64,000 nt of DNA. It comes from Myxococcales bacterium. Its GTDB lineage: Bacteria > Desulfobacterota > Binatia > UTPRO1 > JBBIJE01. A program made the position numbers and the translations under genes. The notes under the pieces were generated by a model. The model worked only from the letters and a program-made list of their open reading frames with translations. It had not been told where the DNA came from and did no database searches. Positions 28,131 to 37,331 of the stretch are shown one piece after another; position 1 is the first letter of the stretch, and each line of letters opens with the position of its first letter. The stretch covers positions 9,171 through 73,170 of the forward strand of contig JBBIJE010000002.1 in the NCBI GenBank assembly GCA_037446155.1, in the 5' to 3' direction.

Positions 28131-28928
28131 TCATCTCGCATCCTCCTTTTTCTCGGCGCGCTCGGTCGAGCGCACGATCCGAACCGCTCGCCCCTCGTAC
28201 CCCAGCGTACCACGAAAAGCCAAGAATTGCCGCGAGGGGTCGTCCGCGAACCAAAAACGGTGAGCCGGCAGGAAGGATGCGAAAAGCACATTTCCTATGC
28301 CGCCCAGATCGGCTCGCAAGCGGACCTCGTAGGCCCTTTGCAGACCCGCCCCCAGATCCACGGCTTCCCGCTCGACCACCTCGGCGCGAAGCCTGTACAC
28401 CTTGGGCTCCGGGGTGAGGGCTACCGTGCTGAACTCTCCGAAACGGGTGGGATCCGCCGTAACCTGCGCCGAAGCCACCGCCAGCATCGGGCCGACGTAC
28501 GTATCGGGAGGCAGATCGAGCTCGTACTGCCTCGTCTCCCCCTTGATGGTAGTCTCCACAATGCCGGCTTGGAAGTCCATGTCCTGTCTCTCCGCCTCGC
28601 CGTTTTGGATCGCCCTCTTGTGGAACTCGAGCGGTTCCAAAATGCCGTTTATCCTCGCCGTAGCCTCCTCGCGCGAGCGTTCCCCATTGGTAAAGCGGCG
28701 ATCGAGCTCGAGGTGCAAGATCTCCCCTTCGCGCCATGCCCGCAGCCGCTGGACTCCCAGAGGCGCTCCTCCTTCGGCCGCCAAGACCAGATGCTCATCC
28801 TCCCGCACTCCCTCGAGCGAGCTTATGGCTTCGGGGACAGGAACGGGTGCGGCCGCCGCACGGCCGAAATAAATCGAAAGTGCGATCGCCAAAACGAGCC
28901 AGCCAGGAATTCTCGTGAACCACATCAT
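28131..28928 (-). CDS. Secreted hypothetical protein
   Basis: N-terminal signal peptide MMWFTRIPGWLVLAIALSIYFGRAAAAP. I recognise no domain. Stop overlaps the start of the next gene upstream. Confidence 0.55.
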   Translation of the reverse strand: MMWFTRIPGWLVLAIALSIYFGRAAAAPVPVPEAISSLEGVREDEHLVLAAEGGAPLGVQRLRAWREGEILHLELDRRFTNGERSREEATARINGILEPLEFHKRAIQNGEAERQDMDFQAGIVETTIKGETRQYELDLPPDTYVGPMLAVASAQVTADPTRFGEFSTVALTPEPKVYRLRAEVVEREAVDLGAGLQRAYEVRLRADLGGIGNVLFASFLPAHRFWFADDPSRQFLAFRGTLGYEGRAVRIVRSTERAEKKEDAR

Positions 28929-30682
28929 TTTTTCTCCAGCGCCACCTTAAGGGTGCGCATCCGGTTTATGGCCGCCCCAACCTCGAGCAGTCTCGGCATG
29001 GCGAGATCTTGAAGCCCTCCGCATACCGCCCTGAGGCCCTTCCTTCCGATCTCCTCGAACACCGCGCCCAGAAGCTCCCGGAGGTCGCTCGCGGATTGCC
29101 CGGAGCAGCGCTCGCCGAGGGCATGAATGAGAGCGCCGATCGCCCGAGTTTGGCTCGGATCGACCAGTTGTTCGAGCCCCTCGAGCTCGATAGCGGTAGT
29201 GCCGTAAAGAATGGTATGGAGTCCCTTTACCGAGATCTTCACTTCCCTTCGGCCCCGCCGCGCATCGAAACTCGACGGGTGCGGCCTGCGGCCCCGCAGG
29301 GCCGCCTCCCGTAGCGGCCTCCCCGGTCTCTCTCGCTGCCTCCTCGTCGGAATCTCCGCCACTATCGTTCGCGCTCTGTTCGTGAGGACCCTGGGCTCGT
29401 ACTCGACCATCGCGATCACCTGATCGGCCACCTCCAGGTAATCCCCCGATCCCCCCATTACCAGGATGGTGGATACGCCGAGATCCTCCTTGAGCTCCAC
29501 CACGCGATCCACGAAAGGCGTGATCGGCTCGCAGCTCTTGGGAATCAGCGCCTGCATCCGCGCGTCCCGAATCATGAAGTTCGTCGCCGAGGTATCCTCG
29601 TCCACCAGGAGCACCTCCGCCCCCGCCTCCAACGCCTCCATGATGTTGGCCGCCTGCGAGGTCGAACCGCTGGCATTGTCGGTCGAGAAAGCTCGAGTCG
29701 GGCGCCCCAGCGGAAGGCCGTCGATAAAAGGAGAGATGTCGACCTTCTCTACCCGCCGCCCGTCTTCCGCCCGGATCTTTACCGTCGCCGGATTCGATAC
29801 CACCCTCTCCCGCCCGTCGCCCGGGATGTGGTCGTAGATGCCGAGCGCAAGCGCCGACAAAAGCGTGGACTTGCCGTGAAAACCTCCGCCTACTATCAAA
29901 GTTATCCCCCGGGGGATTCCCATTCCCGATACCTCGCCCCCGTTGGGAGCGGGGATTTTTACCGCAAGCTCCGGCGGGGACTTGAAGGGGACCGCATCCG
30001 CAGACTTAAGCGGCCGAGGGTCCACCCCGCTCTGGCGGGGCAGCAAGGAGCCATCGGCAATGAACGCCACAAGCCCCAGCCCCGCAAGCGCGCCGCGCAG
30101 CGCCTGCTGATCCTCGATCGCGCGGACATGGCCCGCCAACGCCCCCAGATCGAGCGACTTGGCGACCAGGCTTCGGCGCACCAGGGCCGGGAGGGCGCGA
30201 AGGAGCATTTCCCGTGCCCCCTCTCCGTCTATGCGCCGGCCGAAGGCGGGCAGTCCCACGGCGAATCGGGCTTCCACGCAGCCGTCATGGATCTCGAGCG
30301 CCGTGCGCTTCAACACTTCTTGGCCTCCCGCGTCGATCGCGATGAGCCCGCTCGATCCCATCCCTCTGCGCTCCCTAATTTCCGAGCGAATGGCTCTTGA
30401 GAAGGCGCGGGCCAGGAAATCCTCCAGTGCCAGAAGCCGCGCCTGATTTCTCCAGAGCGCGGGCTCGAAGCTCGCCACCTCCGCCGGCACGCTGACCCTG
30501 GCGCGGGAAGGGCTGGCGAAGGGATCCCCCTGGATACGCTCGAGAAACAGGAGGAAATCCCCGAAGTCGTACCCGCCTCGGAGGTCTTCGTATGCTTTGT
30601 AGCCCTTACCTGAGATGCGGCCGATTAGGCGATCCAGGTCCTCGGCGCTACGCAGGCTCCGCTCGGTCACCGGCTGCGTCAC
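28925..30682 (-). CDS. Predicted ATPase of the ABC class (COG3044-like), uncharacterized
   Basis: 585 aa. Walker A GGGFHGKSTLLSALALGIY, and EVLLVDEDTSATNF resembling Walker B/D-loop. The overall layout matches the stand-alone ABC-ATPase family. Confidence 0.7.
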   Translation of the reverse strand: MTQPVTERSLRSAEDLDRLIGRISGKGYKAYEDLRGGYDFGDFLLFLERIQGDPFASPSRARVSVPAEVASFEPALWRNQARLLALEDFLARAFSRAIRSEIRERRGMGSSGLIAIDAGGQEVLKRTALEIHDGCVEARFAVGLPAFGRRIDGEGAREMLLRALPALVRRSLVAKSLDLGALAGHVRAIEDQQALRGALAGLGLVAFIADGSLLPRQSGVDPRPLKSADAVPFKSPPELAVKIPAPNGGEVSGMGIPRGITLIVGGGFHGKSTLLSALALGIYDHIPGDGRERVVSNPATVKIRAEDGRRVEKVDISPFIDGLPLGRPTRAFSTDNASGSTSQAANIMEALEAGAEVLLVDEDTSATNFMIRDARMQALIPKSCEPITPFVDRVVELKEDLGVSTILVMGGSGDYLEVADQVIAMVEYEPRVLTNRARTIVAEIPTRRQRERPGRPLREAALRGRRPHPSSFDARRGRREVKISVKGLHTILYGTTAIELEGLEQLVDPSQTRAIGALIHALGERCSGQSASDLRELLGAVFEEIGRKGLRAVCGGLQDLAMPRLLEVGAAINRMRTLKVALEKK

Positions 30683-31470
30683 TTGCCCTTGAAGGAAGCG
30701 GGGCGCTTCTGCAGAAAAGCCTCCATCCCCTCGATCCGATCGGCACTGTCGAAGAGGTCGGCAAACAAAGAACGCTCGAGCGCCAGTCCGTCCGCGAGGC
30801 CAAGGCTCAGGCCCTCGTCAATCGCCTGCTTCACCTTCGCCACCGCAAGCGGCCCCTTCTTGGCCAGAGTCTCGACCACCTGTTGGACGCACCGAGCCAG
30901 GTCCTCGGGAGGGACCACCCGGTTCACGAGGCCGATTCTCAGGGCTTCCTCGGCATCGATCGGCTCCCCGGTCATGCAGATCTGCTTGGCGATCCCTGGC
31001 CCAACGCGGCGCGCCAGACGCTGCGTGCCCCCGAAACCGGGGATGATACCCAGATTGACCTCCGGCTGCCCGAAGCGCGCCCGCGTCGAGGCGAAAATCA
31101 AATCGCACGCGAGCGCAAGCTCCAATCCTCCCCCGAGCGCATAGCCGCCTACCTGCGCGATCACCGGCAAGGGCAACGCCGCGAGCGCGTCCATGACGCC
31201 ATGGCCGAGCTCCCCGAACGCCCGCGCCTGCTCGGCATTCATCGCCCGCATTTCGGCGATGTCCGCGCCTGCCACGAATGCCTTCTCCCCGGCTCCGGTA
31301 ACTACCACCGCCCGAAGATCGCCCGCACGGGCGAGCTTGGCTGTCTCCTCGATCGCCGCTCTGAGTCCTTCGAGCACGGCGGTGTTGAGGGCGTTCAACT
31401 GCTTGGGCCGATTGACCGTGACGGTCGCCACCTGGCCCGCCCGCTCGAAGATTACCTCTTTATTCTCCAT
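30679..31470 (-). CDS. Enoyl-CoA hydratase (crotonase family)
   Basis: Start MENKEVIF (GGAGGA RBS) within ORF 30679-31746. VTVNRPKQLNALN...AFVAGADI...GYALGGGLELALACD. Confidence 0.9.
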   Translation of the reverse strand: MENKEVIFERAGQVATVTVNRPKQLNALNTAVLEGLRAAIEETAKLARAGDLRAVVVTGAGEKAFVAGADIAEMRAMNAEQARAFGELGHGVMDALAALPLPVIAQVGGYALGGGLELALACDLIFASTRARFGQPEVNLGIIPGFGGTQRLARRVGPGIAKQICMTGEPIDAEEALRIGLVNRVVPPEDLARCVQQVVETLAKKGPLAVAKVKQAIDEGLSLGLADGLALERSLFADLFDSADRIEGMEAFLQKRPASFKGK

Positions 31471-31481
31471 CGCGGATCCTC

Positions 31482-32345
31482 CTACTTCTTCTCCGCCGTG
31501 TAATCGTAAAAGCCCCGGCCGCTCTTGCGCCCGAGCCAGCCGGCGGCGACGTACTGGCGAAGGAGCGGACAGGGCCTGTACTTGTCTTCCCCGAGCTCCC
31601 GGTGCAGCACCTCGGCGATCGCCAGGCAGGTATCGAGCCCGATCAAGTCGGCGAGCTCGAAGGGGCCCATCGGGTGATTCAGCCCCAACTTGATGCCGCG
31701 GTCGATGTCCTCGCGGCTGGCCAGGCCTTCGTAGAGCGCGTAGCACGCCTCGTTCAAGAAAGGTATCAGGAGACGGTTCACGATAAAGCCGGGGATGTCC
31801 CGGCTGGTCACCACCGTCTTGCCCAGACGCTCCGCCAAGGAGACGGTCTCCCGATAGGTATCCTCGTCGGTGGCAAGCGACCTAATCACCTCCACGAGCT
31901 TCATGAGCGGCACGGGATTCATGAAATGCATCCCGATCACCTTGTGCGGCCGCTTGGTGGCCGCCCCGAGCCGGGTAATGGATATGGATGAGGTATTGGA
32001 CGCGATTATGGCGTTCGGCTTCAGAATCCCGTCGACCTCGGAAAAGATCTTGAGCTTTAGCTCCTCGTTCTCCGTCGCCGCCTCGATCACCATGTCCGCG
32101 GATGCCAGGCTCTTGGTGTTCTCGACCACCTCGATCTTCCCCAGGGCGTCATCGCGCGCGGATTGCTCCAACTTGCCGCGCTCGACGAGCTTGTCGAGTT
32201 GCTTGGCGATGCCGCCCTTGCCCCTTTCCGCCAGCTCTTTATTGGCGTCGGCAAGGAGAACCTTCACTCCGCTTCGGGCGCACACCTGGGCGATCCCTCC
32301 GCCCATTTGTCCCGCCCCTATGACGCCTACGCTCTCGATTGCCAT
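31482..32345 (-). CDS. 3-hydroxyacyl-CoA (3-hydroxybutyryl-CoA) dehydrogenase
   Basis: Start MAIESVGVIGAGQMGGGIAQV (NAD-binding GxGxxG) with GGAGG RBS. Typical HADH C-terminal domain. ORF extends to 32465. Confidence 0.9.
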   Translation of the reverse strand: MAIESVGVIGAGQMGGGIAQVCARSGVKVLLADANKELAERGKGGIAKQLDKLVERGKLEQSARDDALGKIEVVENTKSLASADMVIEAATENEELKLKIFSEVDGILKPNAIIASNTSSISITRLGAATKRPHKVIGMHFMNPVPLMKLVEVIRSLATDEDTYRETVSLAERLGKTVVTSRDIPGFIVNRLLIPFLNEACYALYEGLASREDIDRGIKLGLNHPMGPFELADLIGLDTCLAIAEVLHRELGEDKYRPCPLLRQYVAAGWLGRKSGRGFYDYTAEKK

Positions 32346-32534
32346 CTCAACCTCCTGCGCGAACCTCGCGCCCGGTTCAAAGCGAATGCGAGGGACCATA
32401 TACAGCCGCTCTTTGTGCGCGGCACGCCTGCCCCGCGCCTCGGCCAAGCGCGCGGGCCTGAGCACAACAGGGCAAAATCCTAGGTGGGGCTGCGCAACAG
32501 GTCAAGGGCACCCAGCTTGGCAGGCTCAAAGGCC

Positions 32535-34535
32535 CTAGGAGGGCAGGAGACCTTCGGTGAGCGCCACCGGCTCGATCAGCTTCTCCGACAGGCCCTCCAG
32601 GAAGCGCGACGGCGCGCCGAGCACTACCCCGCAGGAGCGGTCGTAAATCTCGATGGGATAAGCGATGAAAAGGTTCTCCTTCGCCCGCGTCACGGCAACG
32701 TACATGAGACGCCTCTCCTCCTCCATTTCATCCTCGTCGCGCACGCTATACCAGGCGGGAAACCTCCCCTCGGCGGCCCAGATGATGAAAACCGTGTGCC
32801 ACTCGAGCCCCTTGGCGGAATGAATGGTCGAGAGCGTGAGCAGCCCCTCGTCCTCCTTCTCGGCGGCCAGGATACCACCCACGCTGTCGCTCGGGGGCTC
32901 GAGTGCCATGTCCACGAGCATGCTGGGGAGGCTCCGGTAACGGTGCGCGATAGCGACGAGGTGCTCGAGATCGCGAAGTCTCTTCGGATAATCCTCTCGA
33001 TATTTTCTCTCCACGATCGGCTTGTAATGCTCCAGTACGAGCTCCATGCAGGAGGCGGGGGAGGGTGTGGCCGAAGCGATGCGGCGAAAGAGCTCGGCTA
33101 AGCGTGCAAGCTCCGCCCGTTTGCTCCCCTTGGCCGAAAAACTCTCCAAAGCCTCGGCTACCTCCCCGCGGGCGATCACCCAGGAGAGAATTTCGCGGCA
33201 TCCCTTGGGTCCCACCCCCTCGATCAAGAGGAGCAGGCGGTGCCAGGAGACCTCGTCTCTGGGGTTCACGACGACTCGCAGGTAAGCGAGCACATCCTTT
33301 ACGTGGGCGGTTTCGATGAACTTGAAGCCGCCCCGCTTGACGAAGGGGATGTCGCAACGGGCGAGCTCGATCTCCAGATCGAAGGAGTGGAAGCTCGAGC
33401 GGAAAAGCACGGCCATCTCCTCCAGTGGAACGCCCTCCTCGCGCAGCTCGAGGATCTTCTGGCAGACAAAACGGGACTGCCAGCGCTCGTCCGGAGCCTG
33501 CACCAACACAGGCCGGACACCGCCGCCTCGCTCCGTAAAAAGTACCTTAGTGTATTTCTCCGGAGCGCGATCTATGATCTCGTTGGCCAGATCCAGAATC
33601 GGCTGCGTGGAGCGGTAGTTTTCCTCGAGCTTGATGAGCTTGGCCCGAGGGAAGAGGCGCGGAAACTCCATGATGTTGCGGAAGTTGGCGCCGCGGAAGG
33701 AATAGATAGATTGGGCGTCGTCCCCCACCACCATCACGTTCTCGTGGCCTCGGGCGAGCAGGCGCACGATCTCCGCCTGGAGGTGGTTGGTGTCCTGGTA
33801 CTCGTCCACCATGATGTAACGGTAGGCGCTCGATAGCGTCTCGGCCAGCCGCTCGGAGCACCGCAGGCCGTCGCGCAACCTCACGAGAAGATCGTCGTAA
33901 TCGACCAGATGTTTATCCAGCTTGTAGCGCCGGTAGGCTTCCTCGAGCCCCACAAACGCCTCCAACTCGTCGAGCAGATGCGGGTAGCGCCGCTCGAGGA
34001 GTTCCGCCAGAGGAACGCCGCAATTGACCGCCATCGAGAGCACCTCGGCAATCAGGCCCTTCTTGGGGAACCTCCGCTCCCGGCGATCGAGGTGGAGGTC
34101 GCTTCGGATGAGGTTTATCACGTCCTCGGAGTCCCCCCGGTCGAGGATCGTGAAATCCCGGTCATAGCCGGCCAAGTGCCCGTATCTACTGAGCACCATG
34201 TTGCCGAACGCGTGAAAGGTTCCCCCCGCCACCCTGCCGCAATCCACCCCGACCAAAGTGGAGGCGCGTCTGAGCATTTCCTCTGCCGCGCGGCGGGTGA
34301 AGGTGAGAAGCAGGATGTTTCCTGGGCGAACCCCCTTCTCGAGGAGATAAGCCACACGATAGACGAGGGTGCGGGTCTTGCCGCTGCCCGCGCCGGCGAT
34401 CACGAGCACCGGTCCCTCGGTGGCGGTTACCGCCTCGTGCTGCGCCGGGTTGAGATCCCGCTCGTAGGAGATCCGGCTGCTGGGTGGCACGCCGGTGCCG
34501 CCCGGGCGCAGAGTGTAAGTTCGATTCGCCTTCAC
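32535..34535 (-). CDS. UvrD/PcrA/Rep-family ATP-dependent DNA helicase
   Basis: Walker A AGAGSGKTRTL, MVDEYQDTN (motif II), C-terminal VAVTRAKENLF. Confidence 0.9.
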   Translation of the reverse strand: MKANRTYTLRPGGTGVPPSSRISYERDLNPAQHEAVTATEGPVLVIAGAGSGKTRTLVYRVAYLLEKGVRPGNILLLTFTRRAAEEMLRRASTLVGVDCGRVAGGTFHAFGNMVLSRYGHLAGYDRDFTILDRGDSEDVINLIRSDLHLDRRERRFPKKGLIAEVLSMAVNCGVPLAELLERRYPHLLDELEAFVGLEEAYRRYKLDKHLVDYDDLLVRLRDGLRCSERLAETLSSAYRYIMVDEYQDTNHLQAEIVRLLARGHENVMVVGDDAQSIYSFRGANFRNIMEFPRLFPRAKLIKLEENYRSTQPILDLANEIIDRAPEKYTKVLFTERGGGVRPVLVQAPDERWQSRFVCQKILELREEGVPLEEMAVLFRSSFHSFDLEIELARCDIPFVKRGGFKFIETAHVKDVLAYLRVVVNPRDEVSWHRLLLLIEGVGPKGCREILSWVIARGEVAEALESFSAKGSKRAELARLAELFRRIASATPSPASCMELVLEHYKPIVERKYREDYPKRLRDLEHLVAIAHRYRSLPSMLVDMALEPPSDSVGGILAAEKEDEGLLTLSTIHSAKGLEWHTVFIIWAAEGRFPAWYSVRDEDEMEEERRLMYVAVTRAKENLFIAYPIEIYDRSCGVVLGAPSRFLEGLSEKLIEPVALTEGLLPS

Positions 34536-34675
34536 GCTCGAGCGAGCCTAGTTTGAGCCGCGCCAAATTGCAACTTGACTCACTGCTCTTCCCAGGAGCG
34601 GATCGCAGCGGGTATATTCGTAAGCGCAAATTGGCGGGGCCACATGACGCCAGCCGAACAGAGGAGGTCTCGATC

Positions 34676-35029
34676 ATGGGCGCGGAGTCTCGAGGGAGCG
34701 ATCCGGGCGCAGGAGCCCCGGCGGGATCGGAGCCGGGTGCCAAGGGGCAGCGTCTCACCATTCAAGCCGACCCCGCGACCGCCCAAGGGGTGTATTCGAA
34801 CCTGATGATGGTCAGCCATCGCAAGGAGGAGTTCGTCCTCGATTTCCTTTTCGTTCAGCCAGCAACGAGCGCCCCGGGCGGGCAGTTGGCGTCGCTGCGC
34901 TCCCGCGTAATAACTACACCCGAGCACGTCAAGCGAATCGTTCGCGCGATCAAGGAAAACATCGAACGCTACGAGGCGAAGTTCGGCGCCATCCAGGAGG
35001 CGACGGATCTGCCAAAGCTCGTGCATTAG
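34676..35029 (+). CDS. DUF3467-like small protein
   Basis: Start MGAESRG with GAGGAGG RBS, within ORF 34484-35029. GVYSNLMMVSHRKEEFVLDFLFV matches the conserved core of that family, as I recall it. Confidence 0.55.
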   Translation: MGAESRGSDPGAGAPAGSEPGAKGQRLTIQADPATAQGVYSNLMMVSHRKEEFVLDFLFVQPATSAPGGQLASLRSRVITTPEHVKRIVRAIKENIERYEAKFGAIQEATDLPKLVH

Positions 35030-35047
35030 CGGAAGGGGTCGCACGCC

Positions 35048-36505
35048 TTGGGGGGCGAAAACGGGGAAGTGCGATATCTCCGGGCAGAGCGAAGCCGCTA
35101 CGAGGCCAAGGGTTACGTGAAGCGGGATCGGAAGAGGAAAGGGCGCGGCGGGAGGGGCCCGATTCTGCCGATCGCGGGTCTCGTGGCGTTAGCGGTCCTC
35201 GTTACCATTGGCCTGCGCCGCCCCTCCCTTGAGAAGCCGAAGCCGGCGCAGGGGAAACAACGCGCGGTGGAGGTCGAGGAGGCGGCGGCGAGTCTCCCCG
35301 AGGCCTTGTCCGAAACAGAGCCCGAGCTCGAAGATCCTATCCTCCGACTCAACAATCGCGCCGCGCAGCTCTCGGCAGCCGGCGATTTCGCGGGGGCCGC
35401 AAAGCTTCTCGATCAGGCTTTGGCGCGCAGCCCCTCCGACGAGGCGCTCCAGCGCAACCTTCAAGCGGTTCTCATAAATTGGGGTTACGCCAGTCTTCGG
35501 GCGGAGGACTTTTCCTCGGCCATAAGCCGTTTCATCAAGGCCCAGGCCCTGGGCGACAGAGTCGAGATCGAGCGCGGGCTAGGCTATTCCTATTTCCGCC
35601 AGGGGCGCCTCGAGCTAGCGCGCGCGGCCCTAGAGGCTGCCATCGCGCTCGATCCGGCGGACGAGGAGAGCCTGGTCACGCTGGGCCAGACCCTGCTCAA
35701 GTTGCGCGACCATGCGGGAGCGCTGGAAGCCTTCGAGCGAGCACTGGCGCTCGGGTCCACCTACCCGGGCGTGAGCCGGGCGGTCGAGAAGCTTCGCCGA
35801 GATGCGCAAACCGAGCGAACCTATACACGCCTGGAGAGCTCTCACTTCACGATAAAATTCGAGGGAAGGGAAAACGTTCTGGCAGGGCGGACCATCTTGA
35901 ACGGCCTCGAGGAAGCGTACAGAACCGTCGGGGCACGCTTCGGCCACTACCCGACCCGGCGGCTCGAGGCGGTTCTTTATACCGATCAAGTGTTCGACGA
36001 GGTGATAAACTCGCCGGGCTGGAGCGGGGCCATCTTCGATGGAAGGATCAAGATCCCCGCCAGGGGAATCACCCGCGGGAGCGAGCGCTTGCAGCGCACG
36101 CTGCGCCACGAGTACGCCCATAGCGTCATTCTCGAGCTCACCCAGGGCAAGGTGCCGGCGTGGCTCAACGAAGGCCTGGCGCAACTTTGCGAAGGAGAAG
36201 GGGACCGGGGCCGCGGCGAGTACTTGCGCAGAGTGCTGAGGGCGGGCGAGCTTTTGCCCCTGGGGGAACTCGAGCGACCCTTTATCCATCTCGGTGGGGA
36301 ACGAGCCAAGCTCGCCTACGCGCAAGCGTACTTCGCCGCTCTCTACCTCACCGAGTCGAAGGGACGCCACAACGTGGCCAGGCTGCTAAAAGCGTTAGGT
36401 ACAGGCGACGACTTCGCGCGCGTCTTCGAACAGACCATGCACCTGAGCTACGCCGATTTCCAGGAGGGGTTTTTCGACCACTTGCAGCGGCGCTTCGGTT
36501 CGTAA
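35048..36505 (+). CDS. Membrane-anchored TPR-repeat protein with C-terminal HExxH peptidase-like domain
   Basis: N-terminal TM (ILPIAGLVALAVLVTIGL). TPR-like repeats (AAKLLDQALARSP..., AISRFIKAQALGD...). HEYAHSV zincin-type motif. Confidence 0.7.
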   Translation: MGGENGEVRYLRAERSRYEAKGYVKRDRKRKGRGGRGPILPIAGLVALAVLVTIGLRRPSLEKPKPAQGKQRAVEVEEAAASLPEALSETEPELEDPILRLNNRAAQLSAAGDFAGAAKLLDQALARSPSDEALQRNLQAVLINWGYASLRAEDFSSAISRFIKAQALGDRVEIERGLGYSYFRQGRLELARAALEAAIALDPADEESLVTLGQTLLKLRDHAGALEAFERALALGSTYPGVSRAVEKLRRDAQTERTYTRLESSHFTIKFEGRENVLAGRTILNGLEEAYRTVGARFGHYPTRRLEAVLYTDQVFDEVINSPGWSGAIFDGRIKIPARGITRGSERLQRTLRHEYAHSVILELTQGKVPAWLNEGLAQLCEGEGDRGRGEYLRRVLRAGELLPLGELERPFIHLGGERAKLAYAQAYFAALYLTESKGRHNVARLLKALGTGDDFARVFEQTMHLSYADFQEGFFDHLQRRFGS

Positions 36506-36694
36506 CGCTTCCCGGCTGGGGTGGTTGCAATCGGAGGCGAACAGGCGTTATCTGGAAGCGCCCAGGGCGGCCTTTGTCGAGCAGGGCTCGAAGAGGAACG
36601 TCGAGAGAAAGAGGAACGAGAACCCGAGAGAGAGGGTCGGGGGCGCTCGGTGGAACCGCAGTCGGCACGGGGGCCCGAGTAAGGAGGACGAGCG

Positions 36695-37300
36695 ATGAAG
36701 CTTTACGACTTTGCGCTAGCGCCGAATCCGAGAAAGGTACGGATCTACCTCGCGGAAAAGGGCATCGATATCCCCCGCCAAGAGATCAATCTCGCCGCCG
36801 GGGAACAGCGCTCGCCCGAGTTCCTCAAGATCAATCCTTTGGGACAGGTGCCAGTTCTGGAGCTGGACGATGGGAGTCATCTCCCAGAGTCGCTGGCTAT
36901 TATAGAGTACCTCGAGGAGCTGCATCCGGATCCGCCGCTCCTGGGCACGGACCCGGTCAGCCGGGCGCGCATAAGGGCGGCGGAGCGGGCCTGCGAGTTC
37001 GGCGTGCTCCTGCCGGCAGCCATGATTTTTCAGCACACGAGCCAGTTTTTCGCCAAACGCATACGGCAGATCCCCGAGGTCGCCGAGACCGCGAAGGGGA
37101 TGCTCGCCAAGAGATGGGCCCTTCTCGACGAGCGCTTGGCGGACCGGGAGTGGGTGTGTGGCGGTTATTCCATAGCCGACATCACGCTCCTCGTCGGCGT
37201 CGACTTCGCTGCGGCTTCGGGCGTGCGTCCCGATCCATCCCTCTCGCATCTTTTGCGCTGGCACCGCTCGGCCAGCGCACGCCCGAGCGCCAAGGCGTGA
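36695..37300 (+). CDS. Glutathione S-transferase
   Basis: MKLYDFALAPNPRKVRIYLAEKGI...GQVPVLELDDGSHLPESLAIIEYLEE thioredoxin-like GST N-domain. AAGGAGGA RBS. Confidence 0.85.
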   Translation: MKLYDFALAPNPRKVRIYLAEKGIDIPRQEINLAAGEQRSPEFLKINPLGQVPVLELDDGSHLPESLAIIEYLEELHPDPPLLGTDPVSRARIRAAERACEFGVLLPAAMIFQHTSQFFAKRIRQIPEVAETAKGMLAKRWALLDERLADREWVCGGYSIADITLLVGVDFAAASGVRPDPSLSHLLRWHRSASARPSAKA

Positions 37301-37331
37301 GAAGCTGCTGGTCGCTTCCCCCGCGCTGTCA

